A stretch of DNA of 64,000 bases from positions 22,846 to 86,845 of the forward strand of contig CAXULY010000023.1 in the NCBI GenBank assembly GCA_964252075.1, in the 5' to 3' direction. A program made the translations under genes and the position numbers. Positions within the stretch are counted from its first letter, which is position 1. Every line of letters begins with the position of its first letter. Source of the stretch: an uncultured Deinococcaceae bacterium. Its GTDB lineage: Bacteria; Deinococcota; Deinococci; Deinococcales; Deinococcaceae. This document shows positions 12,144 to 23,703 of the stretch, one piece after another. The notes beneath the pieces were generated by a model that saw only the letters and a list, made by a program, of their open reading frames with translations, was not told where the DNA came from and ran no database searches.

Positions 12144-12620
12144 ATGACCAACGTGAGTGACCTGCGGCATGAAATCCTCAATGAGCTGGGGTTGGGTGTG
12201 GTGCCCAACGTCTTCACGGTGCCCGTCGCGGCGCCGGACACCCTGCACGGCGTGTGGACGGCCTTCCGTGACATCGTGCTGCGCGGCGCGCTGCCGCGCA
12301 GCGTCAAGGAGATGATGGGGGTGCTGGTGTCGCAGGCGGCGGGCAGTCCGTACGCGGCGGCCGTGCACCTGCACGCCCTGACACTGCAGGGCGTGCAGCA
12401 GGAAATCACCGATCAGCTGGCGCGCGGTGAGGTGCCGCTCGGCGTGACCGACCAGACGCTGGCGCTCCTGCGCTTCGCGGCGTACGGGACGTCACCCGAC
12501 GACCTGCGCGCCGCGGGCCTCAACGAGGCCGAGGTGACAGAAGCGGTGGCGGCGGTCGGGGTGTTCCGCCTGATCAACACGTACACGGACCTGCTGCGCG
12601 TCCCGATCGACGGCGCCTGA
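12144..12620 (+). CDS. AhpD/CMD-fold protein lacking cysteines
   Basis: G.VPNVF, KEMMGVLVS..., INTYTD; aligns by eye with 8362-8937 but has SPYAAAVH in place of CxxC..H. Confidence 0.75.
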   Translation: MTNVSDLRHEILNELGLGVVPNVFTVPVAAPDTLHGVWTAFRDIVLRGALPRSVKEMMGVLVSQAAGSPYAAAVHLHALTLQGVQQEITDQLARGEVPLGVTDQTLALLRFAAYGTSPDDLRAAGLNEAEVTEAVAAVGVFRLINTYTDLLRVPIDGA

Positions 12621-12633
12621 CCGCTAGACCCCC

Positions 12634-13836
12634 ATGACCGCCCCGGACCAGCCGACCCTCCAGCCGCACGAGCAGCAGGCGCTGTCCAGCCGCCTGCTGC
12701 TGCTGAACGAGTTCGGGCTGAAGGTGCACGGGCGCACGCCGGAGGAGGTGCTGGCCGCCGCGCAGCGCTACGCCAGCTTCCTGTTTTCCGGCGGTCGGCT
12801 GGAGGTGCTGCCCCTCGCGGACTACCAGCCGCAGGGGGGGGTGGTGCGCGGCATGACCACCCTCGCGGACGGCGCGCGGGTGTACCTGTCGCTGCTGGGC
12901 GAGCGGGGGTACGCGGCCCTGTCAAGCCCCGAGCTGAGCGCGCAGGCGGGGCAGTACCTGGCGACCTTGTTCCTGGAGCACCTGCGCCTCGCGCTGGCCG
13001 TGCAGCCCGCGCAGGCGGGGCACGCGCCGGTCATTGGCGGTGAGGCGTCCCTCATGCAGGCGCTGGAGGACGACCGGCGCCAGAACGGCGCGCTGGTGCT
13101 CGCGCTGTACCCGAACCTGGAGACCCTCGCGGACGTGCGCCGGACCGTGCACCTGCTGGAGGACCGCACGGGCGCGCAGGTGTTCGCGCTGGGAGACGGC
13201 GTGCTGGGCGTGCTGACGAGCGTCGGTCAGCTGGGGCAGACGCTCGCGACCGCGCAGCGCCTGCAGCCCCTGAGCCTCGCGCACGCCCTGAGCCTGGAGC
13301 GGCAGGGCAGCGCCCTGCTGTCCCTGGCGCGCGCGCGACTGCGCGTGGCGGCCAGCGATCAGGGCGGCGACCTGGAGTTGCAGGGCCTGCCGCACAGCAT
13401 CGAGGTGGTGCTGGACTGGCCGGTCGGGCACGCCCTGAGCGTGGAGGCGTCCGAGCGGCGGCGCCTCGCGGTGACGCCCAACCCGCACCCCGCGTATCTC
13501 GCGGACCTGCTCGACCTGTACGACGGGGTGCTGGACGTGCCGCGCGGTCACTTCCGCGCGGCGGACATCCTGGAGGCCGCGCAGGCGCTGGAGCGCGGGG
13601 AGCCCGTGAAGCCCGAGGTGAACACCCAGGTGGGGCTCTTCCCGCGTGAACGTCAGGTGCTGCGACTCACCGCGCAAGGGCACTCGCCCGCTCAGGTGGC
13701 GCGGTCGCTCGGCATCAGTGAGAAGACCGTCGCGAACCAGCTGAGCGCCATTCAGGAAAAGCTGATGGCGACTTCCCGCGTGGGCCTCGTGCTGGCGTAC
13801 CTGGGCCTCACGGACGCCGCGGACAGCGGGCTGTAA
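12634..13836 (+). CDS. LuxR C-terminal HTH regulator with long N-terminal sensor region
   Basis: LFPRERQVL...QVARSLGISEKTVANQLSAIQEKL. Confidence 0.85.
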   Translation: MTAPDQPTLQPHEQQALSSRLLLLNEFGLKVHGRTPEEVLAAAQRYASFLFSGGRLEVLPLADYQPQGGVVRGMTTLADGARVYLSLLGERGYAALSSPELSAQAGQYLATLFLEHLRLALAVQPAQAGHAPVIGGEASLMQALEDDRRQNGALVLALYPNLETLADVRRTVHLLEDRTGAQVFALGDGVLGVLTSVGQLGQTLATAQRLQPLSLAHALSLERQGSALLSLARARLRVAASDQGGDLELQGLPHSIEVVLDWPVGHALSVEASERRRLAVTPNPHPAYLADLLDLYDGVLDVPRGHFRAADILEAAQALERGEPVKPEVNTQVGLFPRERQVLRLTAQGHSPAQVARSLGISEKTVANQLSAIQEKLMATSRVGLVLAYLGLTDAADSGL

Positions 13837-14345
13837 AGCGGTCCGTCCGCCAGCTCGCCGCGGAAGTACAGGGCGGCCTCCACGCGGTTCTTGAGGCCCA
13901 GTTTGTCCAGCACCTCGCACGCGACGTTCGCGACGGTCTTGACGCTCACGCCCAGCCAGGAGGCGATCTCGGCGTTGTCGAGGCCGAGCGCGATGGCGTA
14001 CAGCACCGCGCGTTCACGCGGGAAGAGCGCGGAGACGGAGTTCAGGTCCGGGCCGCGGTAGACGGTGCCGCCCGCCAGCACGCAGTTCGCGGCCTGCACC
14101 ACCTCGTTGGGGTCGCGCGGCGAGACGAGCACGCTCCAGCCCGCGTCGCTCAGCCAGTGCAGGTAGTGCGGGCAGGCGTTCTCCGTGAGGACCAGCACGG
14201 GGCCGCGCAGGCGCTCCAGGCTGCTGGTGGCGAGCAGGGAGGGGGTGTCAATGAGGATCTGAACGCCCTCGGTGTCTGCATCCCAGGGGTGCAGCCATTC
14301 CCGGATGAATTGGGCCACAAAGGCGTCGCGGTGGATCAGGGTCAT
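13752..14345 (-). CDS. LuxR family regulator with degenerate receiver-like domain
   Basis: LFPRERAVL...NAEIASWLGVSVKTVAN; AAGGAG RBS; 3' end overlaps the convergent gene. Confidence 0.85.
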   Translation of the reverse strand: MTLIHRDAFVAQFIREWLHPWDADTEGVQILIDTPSLLATSSLERLRGPVLVLTENACPHYLHWLSDAGWSVLVSPRDPNEVVQAANCVLAGGTVYRGPDLNSVSALFPRERAVLYAIALGLDNAEIASWLGVSVKTVANVACEVLDKLGLKNRVEAALYFRGELADGPLYSPLSAASVRPRYASTRPTREVAISFS

Positions 14346-14778
14346 GGGTGGCTCCTTTGTTTCTTGACGGGTGAGGCGGGTGTAGATGAAACGTGAGCGG
14401 GATGAATGGAGCATATCCGGGACGATGTCCCGACCGTTAGGGCGCTGCTCCCGTCTCCTTTCAGGTGAAACGGGAAAATCGCCCGTCCTTCAGCGCCTGC
14501 AGAGGCGGGAATGCCTTAATACCGCCCAACGCGCGTTTCAGGCGGCTTTAAGCCGTCCGTAAGAGGCATGTGAGCGCGTCTCCGTAAGCTGATCTTGCTG
14601 AGGCGTCGAAGCGCGGGGTGTATCCGGGCACCTGTCCCGCGCTGAGCCAGTGGTGCGACCGCAAGCACGCATCCAGGCGTTTCCACGGTGGAAACGCGCC
14701 TCCCCCTATTCCTGATGCGCGGACCGGTCGTGCGGCCTCCCTGGCCCTCGGCGCGGTGAACCTGCGCTGGAGTCTTTC

Positions 14779-16158
14779 ATGTCCCGGAAACCGCTGTACC
14801 TCACCGCCCTTTTCGGCCTGTTCCTGGCCGCTTGCAACCAGGCCAGCATGCCCACCCCGAACACCGCCCTCGGCGCGGGCGCCGTCAGCACCCGCCCCAC
14901 CTGCACGCTCGCCCCGCAGTCCATGACGGCTACACCCACCGTGTCCGCCCGCGGCGTTGCTGCGCGCTGGAGTGACCGCGCGCCCGGCCGCATGCTGGCG
15001 TACGTCGGCCCCCGCAGTGGCCTGAGCGCGCAGGGCACCGCGCACTTCGGGGCCCTGGGCCTCACCGCGAGCAGCGCAGGCGACGGCTGGCTGCGCCTGA
15101 GCGGCGACGACGCGGGCCTGCAGGCCAGCGCCGCCAAACTGGTGGGCGCGGGTGAAGCGCTGTACGTTCAGCCCGAGTACCTGTACACGCCCTCCGGCGC
15201 CACGCCCAACGATCCCCTGTACCTGCCCGCGCAGCAGGCCCAGGACCGCCAGGGGAACCTGGAGGCCGCCTGGAGCGCGCTTGATGGACACGCGGCGCCC
15301 GCCTGCGGGGCCGTCACGATTGCCGTCATCGACACGGGCTTCATCGACGAGAACAGCGACGACCTGAGCGCCAACCTCGCGCCGCGCGCCGCTTGGCTGA
15401 ACCTCAGCACGGGCGTGCAGGGCGACGCCACGCCACTTGAGGGGCAGGAAGCGGCGCACGGCACGGCCGTGGCGAGCGTCATCGCGATGACCGCCAACAA
15501 CGGCGTGGGCGGAGCGGGCGCGGGCCACAACCTGCTCAAGGTGCTGCCCATCAACGCCTACACGCAGCGGGGCAGTGAGCTGGGCTTCTGGTCCTCGAAC
15601 GTCGCGACCGCCATTGATTACGCCGTGGGCAGCGCCCTCCTGCCGGACGGCACGACCCTCACGAACCCGGCGCCCGCCAGCGTCATCAACCTGAGCTTCG
15701 GGACGAATGGCGCGGACGACGCCTTCCTCGAGCAGCACCTGCAGCGTGCGGAGCAGGCGGGCGTGCTGATCGTGGCGGCCAGCGGCAACGCGGGGCACGC
15801 GCAGGTGGACAGCCCCGCGCGGAGCAGCAGCGTGATCGGCGTGGGCGCCGTGGATGAGCAGGGCGCGCGCGCGGGGTTCAGCAATTACGGAGCAGGCCTG
15901 CAGGTGGTCGCGCCGGGCACGAACGTGCTTGCCAGCGCGGGTGGAGAGGAACTGCAGTGGGACGGCACGTCCTTCGCGACGCCGTACGTGGCCGCGCAGG
16001 CGGGCCTCTGGCTGTATGCGCACGGGGGCCGTGTGGGTGGTGACGTGCGGAGTGCCTTCCTGAACTGCGCTCGGCAGGCGGGCAACAGCCAGTGGCAGGA
16101 AGGCGTTGGTTACGGTGTGCTGGATACCCTGAAGCTGCTGGATGGCCCCGGGTGTTAA
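14779..16158 (+). CDS. S8 (subtilisin-like) serine protease lipoprotein
   Basis: LAAC lipobox; catalytic motifs VIDTG, HGTAVA, ASGN, GTSFATP. Confidence 0.93.
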   Translation: MSRKPLYLTALFGLFLAACNQASMPTPNTALGAGAVSTRPTCTLAPQSMTATPTVSARGVAARWSDRAPGRMLAYVGPRSGLSAQGTAHFGALGLTASSAGDGWLRLSGDDAGLQASAAKLVGAGEALYVQPEYLYTPSGATPNDPLYLPAQQAQDRQGNLEAAWSALDGHAAPACGAVTIAVIDTGFIDENSDDLSANLAPRAAWLNLSTGVQGDATPLEGQEAAHGTAVASVIAMTANNGVGGAGAGHNLLKVLPINAYTQRGSELGFWSSNVATAIDYAVGSALLPDGTTLTNPAPASVINLSFGTNGADDAFLEQHLQRAEQAGVLIVAASGNAGHAQVDSPARSSSVIGVGAVDEQGARAGFSNYGAGLQVVAPGTNVLASAGGEELQWDGTSFATPYVAAQAGLWLYAHGGRVGGDVRSAFLNCARQAGNSQWQEGVGYGVLDTLKLLDGPGC

Positions 16159-16422
16159 GTGATGAGGATGAATGCCTCAGGCCTTAATCCAATCTTTATA
16201 TTTATCTTTAGCAAATTTTAATGGGCGGATCGATCGAGACCGTCTGGAACGACATCAGCAGGCACTCCGAACGTCTGTGCACATCCGGTCTTCAGTGAAA
16301 TAATCGGCATTTTTAAGCGCTGGGTGGGAAGAAATCCTGCCCGGCGCCTGTTTTATCCCTCACGCCTTCCCGGAGCGGCTCTCTAGGCTGGGGCCAATTC
16401 CAAGCACGTGAAGGAGTCAGCG

Positions 16423-18537
16423 ATGAACAACCACAAAAAGGGCATGCTCCTGTTGATGGCCGGCCTCCTGGCCGCCTGCGGAAGCACCACCACCACGACC
16501 ACCAACCCCGGCAACCCCTCCGGCGGCTCCAACGGCACCGACAAACTGATCCCCGTCGTGACCATCACCACGCCGGACAGCAGCAACCCCACCCTGCCGC
16601 AGCCCCTGAACATCACCGGCAAATTCACCGACAACGTCTCCGTGACGCGCGCCCTGCTGGTGATCGACAACGGCCCCGCGCAGGAGATCGCCTTCAGGCC
16701 CGGCGCCTCCGCTGACTTCAGCGTGACCATCACGGGCCTCAGCGCCGGCCAGCACACCGCCCGCGTGAACGCCTACGACGCCAGCAACAACCTCGGCTTC
16801 GCGGACGTGCGCTTCCAGACCACCAGCGGCACGGGTGGCAACGGGGGAACCGGAGGGGGCGGCACCGGCGGCGGGGGGACGGGCGGCGGCGGAACGGGTG
16901 GCGGCGTGGACACCGTCCTCCCCACGCTCACCCTCACCGCCCCAACGGCAGGCGCCACGGTCGGCAGCAGCTTCACCGTGCTGGGCAACGCCAGCGACAA
17001 CGCGGCGGGCGTGAAGATCAGCGCCTCGCTGGACGGCGGCGCCGCCAAGGTCCAGACCATCACGGGCGTTAGCGGCGCCTTCTCCCTTCCCTTCACGGGC
17101 GTCGCGGCGGGCACCCACACCCTCACGGTGACCGCCACGGACGGCAGCAACAACGTCACGACCCGCACCATCAGCTTCACGGTGAGCGGCGCGGGCAGCG
17201 TGGACACCAGCAAGCCCGTCCTGACCCTGCTGTCCCCCACGGCGGGCACCGCGCTCACGAACCCCGTGCTCATCAGCGGCACGGCCACCGACAACGCGCT
17301 CGGGCAGGTCACGTACTCCGTGGACGGCGGCGCCGAGCAGAACCTCCCAGTCGTGGCGGGCGTCTTCAATGCGGGCGTGGTCCTTCCCGCCGGCACGCAC
17401 ACCCTCACCGTGAACGCGGACGACACCAGCGGCAACCGCACCAGCCAGACCGTCAGCGTCACCGTCAGCGGCGGCTCGGGTGGCGGCGGCACGGGCGACA
17501 CGCAGGGCCCGACGCTCACCCTCACCACCCCGCAGGCAGGCGCGAACGTCACCCTGCCCCTCGTCCTCAGCGGCACGGCCAGCGACCCCAGCGGCCTGGG
17601 TGGCGTGACCTACAGCATTGATGGCGGCGCGGCCGTGAACGTCCCCGTGGTGGGTGGGGCCTTCAGCACCACCATCACCAGCCTGCCCTCGGGCACGCAC
17701 ACCATCGTGGTCACAGCGACCGACGCGGGCGGCAACGCCACCAGCACCACCGTGTCCGTCACGGTGGCCGGCAGTGGCGGCGGCTCGGGTGACGTGACCG
17801 GCCCGAGCCTGACCCTCACGACCCCCACGGACAACCAGCTGGTGGTGGGCAGCGTGGCGCTCAGCGGCGCCGCGACCGACATGGGCGGCGTGGCGAGCCT
17901 CACCTACCGCGTGGACAGTGGCGTGGAGCAGCCCGTGACGCTCAGCAGCGGCAACTTCGCCACCACCATCGCGGGCCTCGCGCCCGGCACGCACACCATC
18001 ACGGTGACCGCCACGGACGGCAGCGGCAACGTCACCACCCGCACCATCACCGTGCGCAGCGTCTCGCCGCTCGTGAACACCGGCAGCGGCAGCACCTTCA
18101 GCGTCACGAAGGGCACCCTGGGCGTGGTGTGCCTGGCCTGCACCGTCACGAACCCGGCCTCCGTGGTGGACGGCGACCTGAGCAACTACGCGACCCTCAC
18201 GAACGCCGTGGGCCTCGCGGCGGGCACCTACGTGCAGGTGAAGGGCCCCAGCGTCGGCTCCGGGCAGAAGGTCGGCTTCGCGATCACGGACGGCGGCGGG
18301 AACCTGCTCACCCTGAACGCCCTGTCGGGCCTCACCGTCCGCACGTACCTGAACGGCGCCGTGCAGGAGTCGTACACGGCGGGCAGCCTCGCAGACCTCA
18401 CTGTGCTGGGCGGGACCGGCAACCTGCGGGGCGTGCAGTTCACGACCAGCAAGGCCTTCGACACGGTCCGCCTGGAGAACAACGCGGCCGTCGGGGTGCT
18501 GGGCAGCCTGCGGGTGTACTTCGCGTACCTGCAGTGA
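16423..18537 (+). CDS. Surface lipoprotein with five bacterial Ig-like repeats and a C-terminal beta domain
   Basis: LLAAC lipobox; repeated DT..P.LTL..P...GTATD...DGG...GTHT.TVTATD..GN units joined by Gly-rich linkers. Confidence 0.88.
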   Translation: MNNHKKGMLLLMAGLLAACGSTTTTTTNPGNPSGGSNGTDKLIPVVTITTPDSSNPTLPQPLNITGKFTDNVSVTRALLVIDNGPAQEIAFRPGASADFSVTITGLSAGQHTARVNAYDASNNLGFADVRFQTTSGTGGNGGTGGGGTGGGGTGGGGTGGGVDTVLPTLTLTAPTAGATVGSSFTVLGNASDNAAGVKISASLDGGAAKVQTITGVSGAFSLPFTGVAAGTHTLTVTATDGSNNVTTRTISFTVSGAGSVDTSKPVLTLLSPTAGTALTNPVLISGTATDNALGQVTYSVDGGAEQNLPVVAGVFNAGVVLPAGTHTLTVNADDTSGNRTSQTVSVTVSGGSGGGGTGDTQGPTLTLTTPQAGANVTLPLVLSGTASDPSGLGGVTYSIDGGAAVNVPVVGGAFSTTITSLPSGTHTIVVTATDAGGNATSTTVSVTVAGSGGGSGDVTGPSLTLTTPTDNQLVVGSVALSGAATDMGGVASLTYRVDSGVEQPVTLSSGNFATTIAGLAPGTHTITVTATDGSGNVTTRTITVRSVSPLVNTGSGSTFSVTKGTLGVVCLACTVTNPASVVDGDLSNYATLTNAVGLAAGTYVQVKGPSVGSGQKVGFAITDGGGNLLTLNALSGLTVRTYLNGAVQESYTAGSLADLTVLGGTGNLRGVQFTTSKAFDTVRLENNAAVGVLGSLRVYFAYLQ

Positions 18538-18540
18538 GCG

Positions 18541-18587
18541 CAAAGGGAAGGGGGCGGCCCAGTGACGGGCCGCCCCCTTCCCTTTGG
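18541..18587. terminator. Bidirectional terminator
   Basis: caaagggaagggggcggccc/gggccgcccccttccctttg. Confidence 0.8.
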
Positions 18588-19067
18588 TCAGTGGTCGGGG
18601 TGCGGCGCGCCCGGCGGCTCGTTGAGCAGCGCCCAGAACACCCCGATGGTCCGCACCGCCTCGATGAACTCCCCGAAGTCCACGGGCTTCACCACGTAGG
18701 CGCGCGCGCCCAGGCGGTAGCAGGACTCGATGTCGGTCTCCTCGCGGCTGGTGGTGAGCATCACGACCGGAATGTCGCGCAGGCCCGGCTCCTCGCGGAT
18801 GGCGGCCAGCACCGCCAGGCCGTCCATGTGCGGCATGTTCACGTCCAGCAGGATGACGGTCGGCGCGTCCGGGGCCCGCCCGGCGTACGGGCCGCGCCCC
18901 AGCAGGTACTCCAGCGCCTCCTGCCCGCTGCGCGCGACGGCGACCTCCTGGGCGAGGCGTCCCTGCTCGAAGGCCGCGAGCGCCAGCTCCACGTCATGCG
19001 GGTTGTCGTCCACCAGCAGGATGCGCTTCTTCACCTGCGGTTCAGCGGCGGGTCTGGCCGTATCCAT
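18588..19067 (-). CDS. Single-domain response regulator
   Basis: LLVDDN, LLDVNMP, MLTTS, YVVKP; AAGGAG RBS. Confidence 0.93.
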   Translation of the reverse strand: MDTARPAAEPQVKKRILLVDDNPHDVELALAAFEQGRLAQEVAVARSGQEALEYLLGRGPYAGRAPDAPTVILLDVNMPHMDGLAVLAAIREEPGLRDIPVVMLTTSREETDIESCYRLGARAYVVKPVDFGEFIEAVRTIGVFWALLNEPPGAPHPDH

Positions 19068-19265
19068 GAGAAACTCCTTCACCTGCCATTGATTTTAAGG
19101 GGCCCGATGCCTGAGCTTTGTCACCTTCTGATGAGTTCGCACGCGCGGCGCGCGTCTAGACACGCGCGGCGCCCCGCGACCGCACTCACGGACGCGCGCG
19201 CGAACGGGCCCTACATTGGAGGGCATGCCGCACCCCCCCATCCGGTTCCTCGCTGGACGCCCGCC

Positions 19266-20029
<764 letters not shown>

Positions 20030-20033
<4 letters not shown>

Positions 20034-20686
20034 CGGACCTCACGGGCGTGACCTTCGACGACCGCGGCCTCGTGCCGGTGGTGACGCAGGACGCGGAGAC
20101 GGGCGCGGTCCTGATGCTCGCCTGGGCGGACCGCGCGGCGCTGGAGCGCACCCTCACCACGCGCGAGGGCACGTACTACAGCCGCTCGCGCGGCGAGCAG
20201 TGGGTGAAGGGCAAGACCTCCGGGCACACGCAGCGCGTGGTCGAGGTGCGCCTCGACTGCGACGGGGACGCCGTGCTGTACCGCGTGGAGCAGACGGGGC
20301 CCGCCTGCCACACCGGCGAGTCCAGCTGCTTCCACACCCCCCTGCTAGACGCGGACGCCGAACCGGGCGGCCTGGACGGCACGCTGGCGCGCGTGTACGC
20401 GACCATCACGGAGCGCCTCGTGACGCTGCCCGAGCAGAGTTACGTGGCCCGCCTGCACGCGGGCGGCCTGGACCGGGTGCTGAAGAAGGTCGCGGAGGAG
20501 TCCGGTGAGGTGCTGCTGGCCGCCAAAAACCGCAACCGCGCGGAACTCGCGACGGAAGTCGCGGACCTGTTCTTCCACACGCTGTTCGCCATGGCGGAAG
20601 TCGGCGTGACGCCCGGCGACGTGGCGGCGGTGCTGCAGGGCCGCGAGGGCCGCACGGGTCTCAAGGGACCAAAAGAGATCGGCTGA
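20030..20686 (+). CDS. hisIE: Phosphoribosyl-AMP cyclohydrolase/ATP pyrophosphatase
   Basis: KGKTSGH, DCDGD, ACHTG..SCF, KVAEE. Confidence 0.95.
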
Positions 20687-20719
20687 GGACAGCAGCGGGG
20701 GCGGCACCCACGCCTTGTG

Positions 20720-21748
20720 TTACCCGACGGCGCCCGCGAGTTTCTGCTCTGCGTACTGTGCCTGCCGCTCGCCCGTCTCCTCCACCCGCGCGAGCGCGTC
20801 CAGAATCACCTCGGTGCCCGCCCCGGGCAGGTGCGCGCGCTCACTCAGCGTGCGCTTCCAGCCGCGCGCACCCGGCTGCCCCGCGAAGAGGCCCAGGATG
20901 TGCCGCGTGAGGCGCGACAGGTACACGTCCCGCGCGAGCTGCTCCTCCACGTACGGCAGGTACGCCTCGATGACCGCGCGACGGGAGGGCACGGGCGCGT
21001 CCTCACCAAAAATCCCTCGGTCCGCCGCGGCGAGCAGGTACGGTTCCTGGTACGCGGCGCGACCGATCATCACGCCGTCCGCCCACGCGAGGTGCTCGCG
21101 CGCGGCGTCCAGGCTCAGCACGCCGCCATTCAGCACGATGGTCACGTGCGGGAAGTCCCGCTTGAGGGCCCGCACCACCTCGTAGCGCAGGGGGGGAATC
21201 TCGCGGTTCTCCTTCGGGGAGAGGCCCGACAGCCACGCCTTGCGGGCGTGCACGATGAAGGTCTCGCAGCCCGCGTCCGCAATGAGGGACACGAAGCGGT
21301 GCAGCTCCTCGTAGCTGTCGTGGTCGTCCACGCCGATGCGGTGCTTCACCGTCACGGGCAGGCTCGTGGCGGCGCGCATGGCGGCCACCCCACGCGCCAC
21401 CGTATCCGGCGTGAGCATCAGGCACGCGCCGAAGGTGCCGCGCTGCACGCGGTCCGACGGGCACCCCACGTTCAGGTTCACCTCCGCGTACCCCCACTCC
21501 TGCGCGAGCCGCGCGCCGCGCGCCAGGTCCGTGGGGTCACTGCCGCCAAGTTGCAGCGCAACCGGGGACTCCTGCGCACTGAAGTCCAGGTGACGGCCCA
21601 GGTCGCCGTGGGTGAGCGCGCCGGTCGTGACCATCTCGGTGTACAGCAGCGTGCGGCGCGACAGCAGGCGGTGAAAGACGCGGCAGTGCCGGTCCGTCCA
21701 GTCCATCATGGGCGCGACGGAGAGCGTGTGGGGCGGCAGGGCGGTCAT
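20720..21748 (-). CDS. dusA: tRNA-dihydrouridine(20/20a) synthase
   Basis: SVAPMMDWTDRHCR, NLNVGCPS, GLSPKENREIPPL. Confidence 0.95.
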   Translation of the reverse strand: MTALPPHTLSVAPMMDWTDRHCRVFHRLLSRRTLLYTEMVTTGALTHGDLGRHLDFSAQESPVALQLGGSDPTDLARGARLAQEWGYAEVNLNVGCPSDRVQRGTFGACLMLTPDTVARGVAAMRAATSLPVTVKHRIGVDDHDSYEELHRFVSLIADAGCETFIVHARKAWLSGLSPKENREIPPLRYEVVRALKRDFPHVTIVLNGGVLSLDAAREHLAWADGVMIGRAAYQEPYLLAAADRGIFGEDAPVPSRRAVIEAYLPYVEEQLARDVYLSRLTRHILGLFAGQPGARGWKRTLSERAHLPGAGTEVILDALARVEETGERQAQYAEQKLAGAVG

Positions 21749-21778
21749 GAACACACCAGTGTACCGGGGTGGGTCACG

Positions 21779-23107
21779 TCAGGTCCGTGCCTGCGTCACA
21801 GGGTGGTCGGTGGGCGCGCGCCGCAGCGCCGCCTCGCCCGCCGAGAGCGCCCACACGGACCACAGCAGGCCGTCCGACTCGGGAATCACGAACCACAGCA
21901 ACAGGAACACCTGGTACCCCAGGAAGGCCGCGAAGGCACCCAGCGGCGCGCGGCGCGCCTGCGCGAGCGTCAGCACCAGCAGCGTGAGGTACAGCGCCAG
22001 GCCCACCAGGCCGTGCATGAGGCCCTGCTCCAGCAGTTCGTTGTGGGCTTTCCAGGCGGTGTAGTAGCGGTTCAGGGTCTCGCCCTGCGCGTTTCGGGTG
22101 TGAAAGGGCGTCTTCTCGCCGCTGGTGTAACTCAGGAGCGTCTCGTTCAGCTCCAGCTTGATGTTCGCCTTGAGTTCCGGGAGGGTCAGGTAATCGCCCC
22201 AGTGCAGGTAGTACTGCCCACCGCCCCACCCGGTGAGGGGCCGCGCGAGGATGCCGCGCGCGGCGGAACGCCAGAAGTACGTGCGGGACGTGAGCGAGCC
22301 CTCGTCCGTCGCCTGCTTGGTGTTGCCCCCCTGCTGCTGGTTCACGAGCAGGTACCCGGCGCCGACCGCCACGACCAGCGTGAGGGCGAGTGGCCAGCGT
22401 TGACGCTCGCGCCACAGCAGGAACACCAGCACCACAGCAAGGGCCAGCCAGCCCGCGCGGTTCACGGTGAGCCCCAGCGCGAGGGCGGGCAGCACGGCCA
22501 GCCAGCGCGCCCGCCCCGCCAGGCCCGCCGCGGCCGCCGCGCCCATCACAAGCAGGCCCGCGAGGTGCCCCTTCTGCGGGAAGCTCACGAGCGGCATGTC
22601 GCGCGCGATGTACTTGTAGAAGATGCCCGCGCCGCGCGCGACCTCCACGAGCGCGCCGACGGACACCACCGCGACCGCCACGGCGAGCGCCCAGGTGAGG
22701 CGGCGGGACAGGTCGGGGTCGCGGGTGTGCGCGCGCGCCACCAGCACGAAGAGGAGCACCATCGCCCCCACCCACAGGGCGCCGTCTGCGTGGTCGAAGG
22801 CGCCGCCGAGGTACGCGGCGCGCTGGTCCGGCGCGAAGGCCGCGGCGAGCAGGCACCACGCGCCGAACAGGAGGGCGATCAGCACCGCCGGACGCGACCG
22901 CGCCCACGTCACGAGGTTGCCGAGCGCCGCTGGTCGCGGCGCCGTGAGTTCCAGCAGCAGGCCGCCCAGCAGCGCAACCCCGGCGATCCACCAGTGAAGT
23001 TCAGCAGCACCGGCGCGGCTGGGGCCCTGTACGGGCCACGCCAGCAGGGGGTACACGAGGACGAAGGCGGGCCACCACCAGGCGCGCAGGACAGCAAGGG
23101 CGGTCAT
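21779..23107 (-). CDS. O-antigen ligase family membrane protein
   Basis: Multiple TM helices, SRTYFW, PLTGWG, AHNELL. Confidence 0.8.
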   Translation of the reverse strand: MTALAVLRAWWWPAFVLVYPLLAWPVQGPSRAGAAELHWWIAGVALLGGLLLELTAPRPAALGNLVTWARSRPAVLIALLFGAWCLLAAAFAPDQRAAYLGGAFDHADGALWVGAMVLLFVLVARAHTRDPDLSRRLTWALAVAVAVVSVGALVEVARGAGIFYKYIARDMPLVSFPQKGHLAGLLVMGAAAAAGLAGRARWLAVLPALALGLTVNRAGWLALAVVLVFLLWRERQRWPLALTLVVAVGAGYLLVNQQQGGNTKQATDEGSLTSRTYFWRSAARGILARPLTGWGGGQYYLHWGDYLTLPELKANIKLELNETLLSYTSGEKTPFHTRNAQGETLNRYYTAWKAHNELLEQGLMHGLVGLALYLTLLVLTLAQARRAPLGAFAAFLGYQVFLLLWFVIPESDGLLWSVWALSAGEAALRRAPTDHPVTQART

Positions 23108-23184
23108 GCGAAAGAGCCTAACAGGCTGGAGCGCGCTGTGGCGATGCCCCCAATAGCTGTGGCCTTCAGCTCAGCGCGGGGCGC

Positions 23185-23703
23185 TCAGGCGAGTTCGATG
23201 TGGCGCGACTGCAGGAACGGCTGCAGGGTGCTGAGGACCGTGCGGGGTGGCATGGGCGCGCCCGAGATGAGGCCCGCGACGGTGTCGCGCCCCACGAGGC
23301 GCAGGGCGCGGTACTGCGCGCGCGTCACGGGGAGGTTCTCGTTGAAGGCCGCCGTGAAGCGCAGGGGGCGGTCCCAGTCGGGGAAGGCGCTCAGCAGTTC
23401 CGGCCACGCCTCGGTCTCCTGCCAGACGTACTGCAGGAGGGCGTCGCGGCGCATGCTGATGCTGCGGTCTGGCGCGGGCGGCTGGCCGTCGAAGCGGAAT
23501 TCGCCGGCGTCCACGCTGGCGAGCAGGCTGAGCGCCTCCAGGCCACTGCGGCCCAGCGCGCTGGCGTGCACGACCTCGCCGCCCTCAAGCCACAGGTCAC
23601 CGCCGCGCGGGTGGCTGATCTGGAACCGGCCCGTGCGGCCACCGTTGAGGAGCATCTGGAGAACGCCCAGCAGCGGAAACTCGCTGAGACTGCCTGTAAG
23701 CAT
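23185..23703 (-). CDS. DUF4388 domain protein
   Basis: GSLSEFPL..VLQML...RTG...GGEVVHA; leaderless TACACT. Confidence 0.85.
   Translation of the reverse strand: MLTGSLSEFPLLGVLQMLLNGGRTGRFQISHPRGGDLWLEGGEVVHASALGRSGLEALSLLASVDAGEFRFDGQPPAPDRSISMRRDALLQYVWQETEAWPELLSAFPDWDRPLRFTAAFNENLPVTRAQYRALRLVGRDTVAGLISGAPMPPRTVLSTLQPFLQSRHIELA

Noticed and set aside
16825..16910. GGC-rich repeat as a functional DNA element
   Set aside because: Encodes a GGGGT linker
16417..18543. Long antisense ORFs here and at 20717-23842, 25725-27545, 45836-48013
   Set aside because: Shadow frames of high-GC genes, without start signals or motifs
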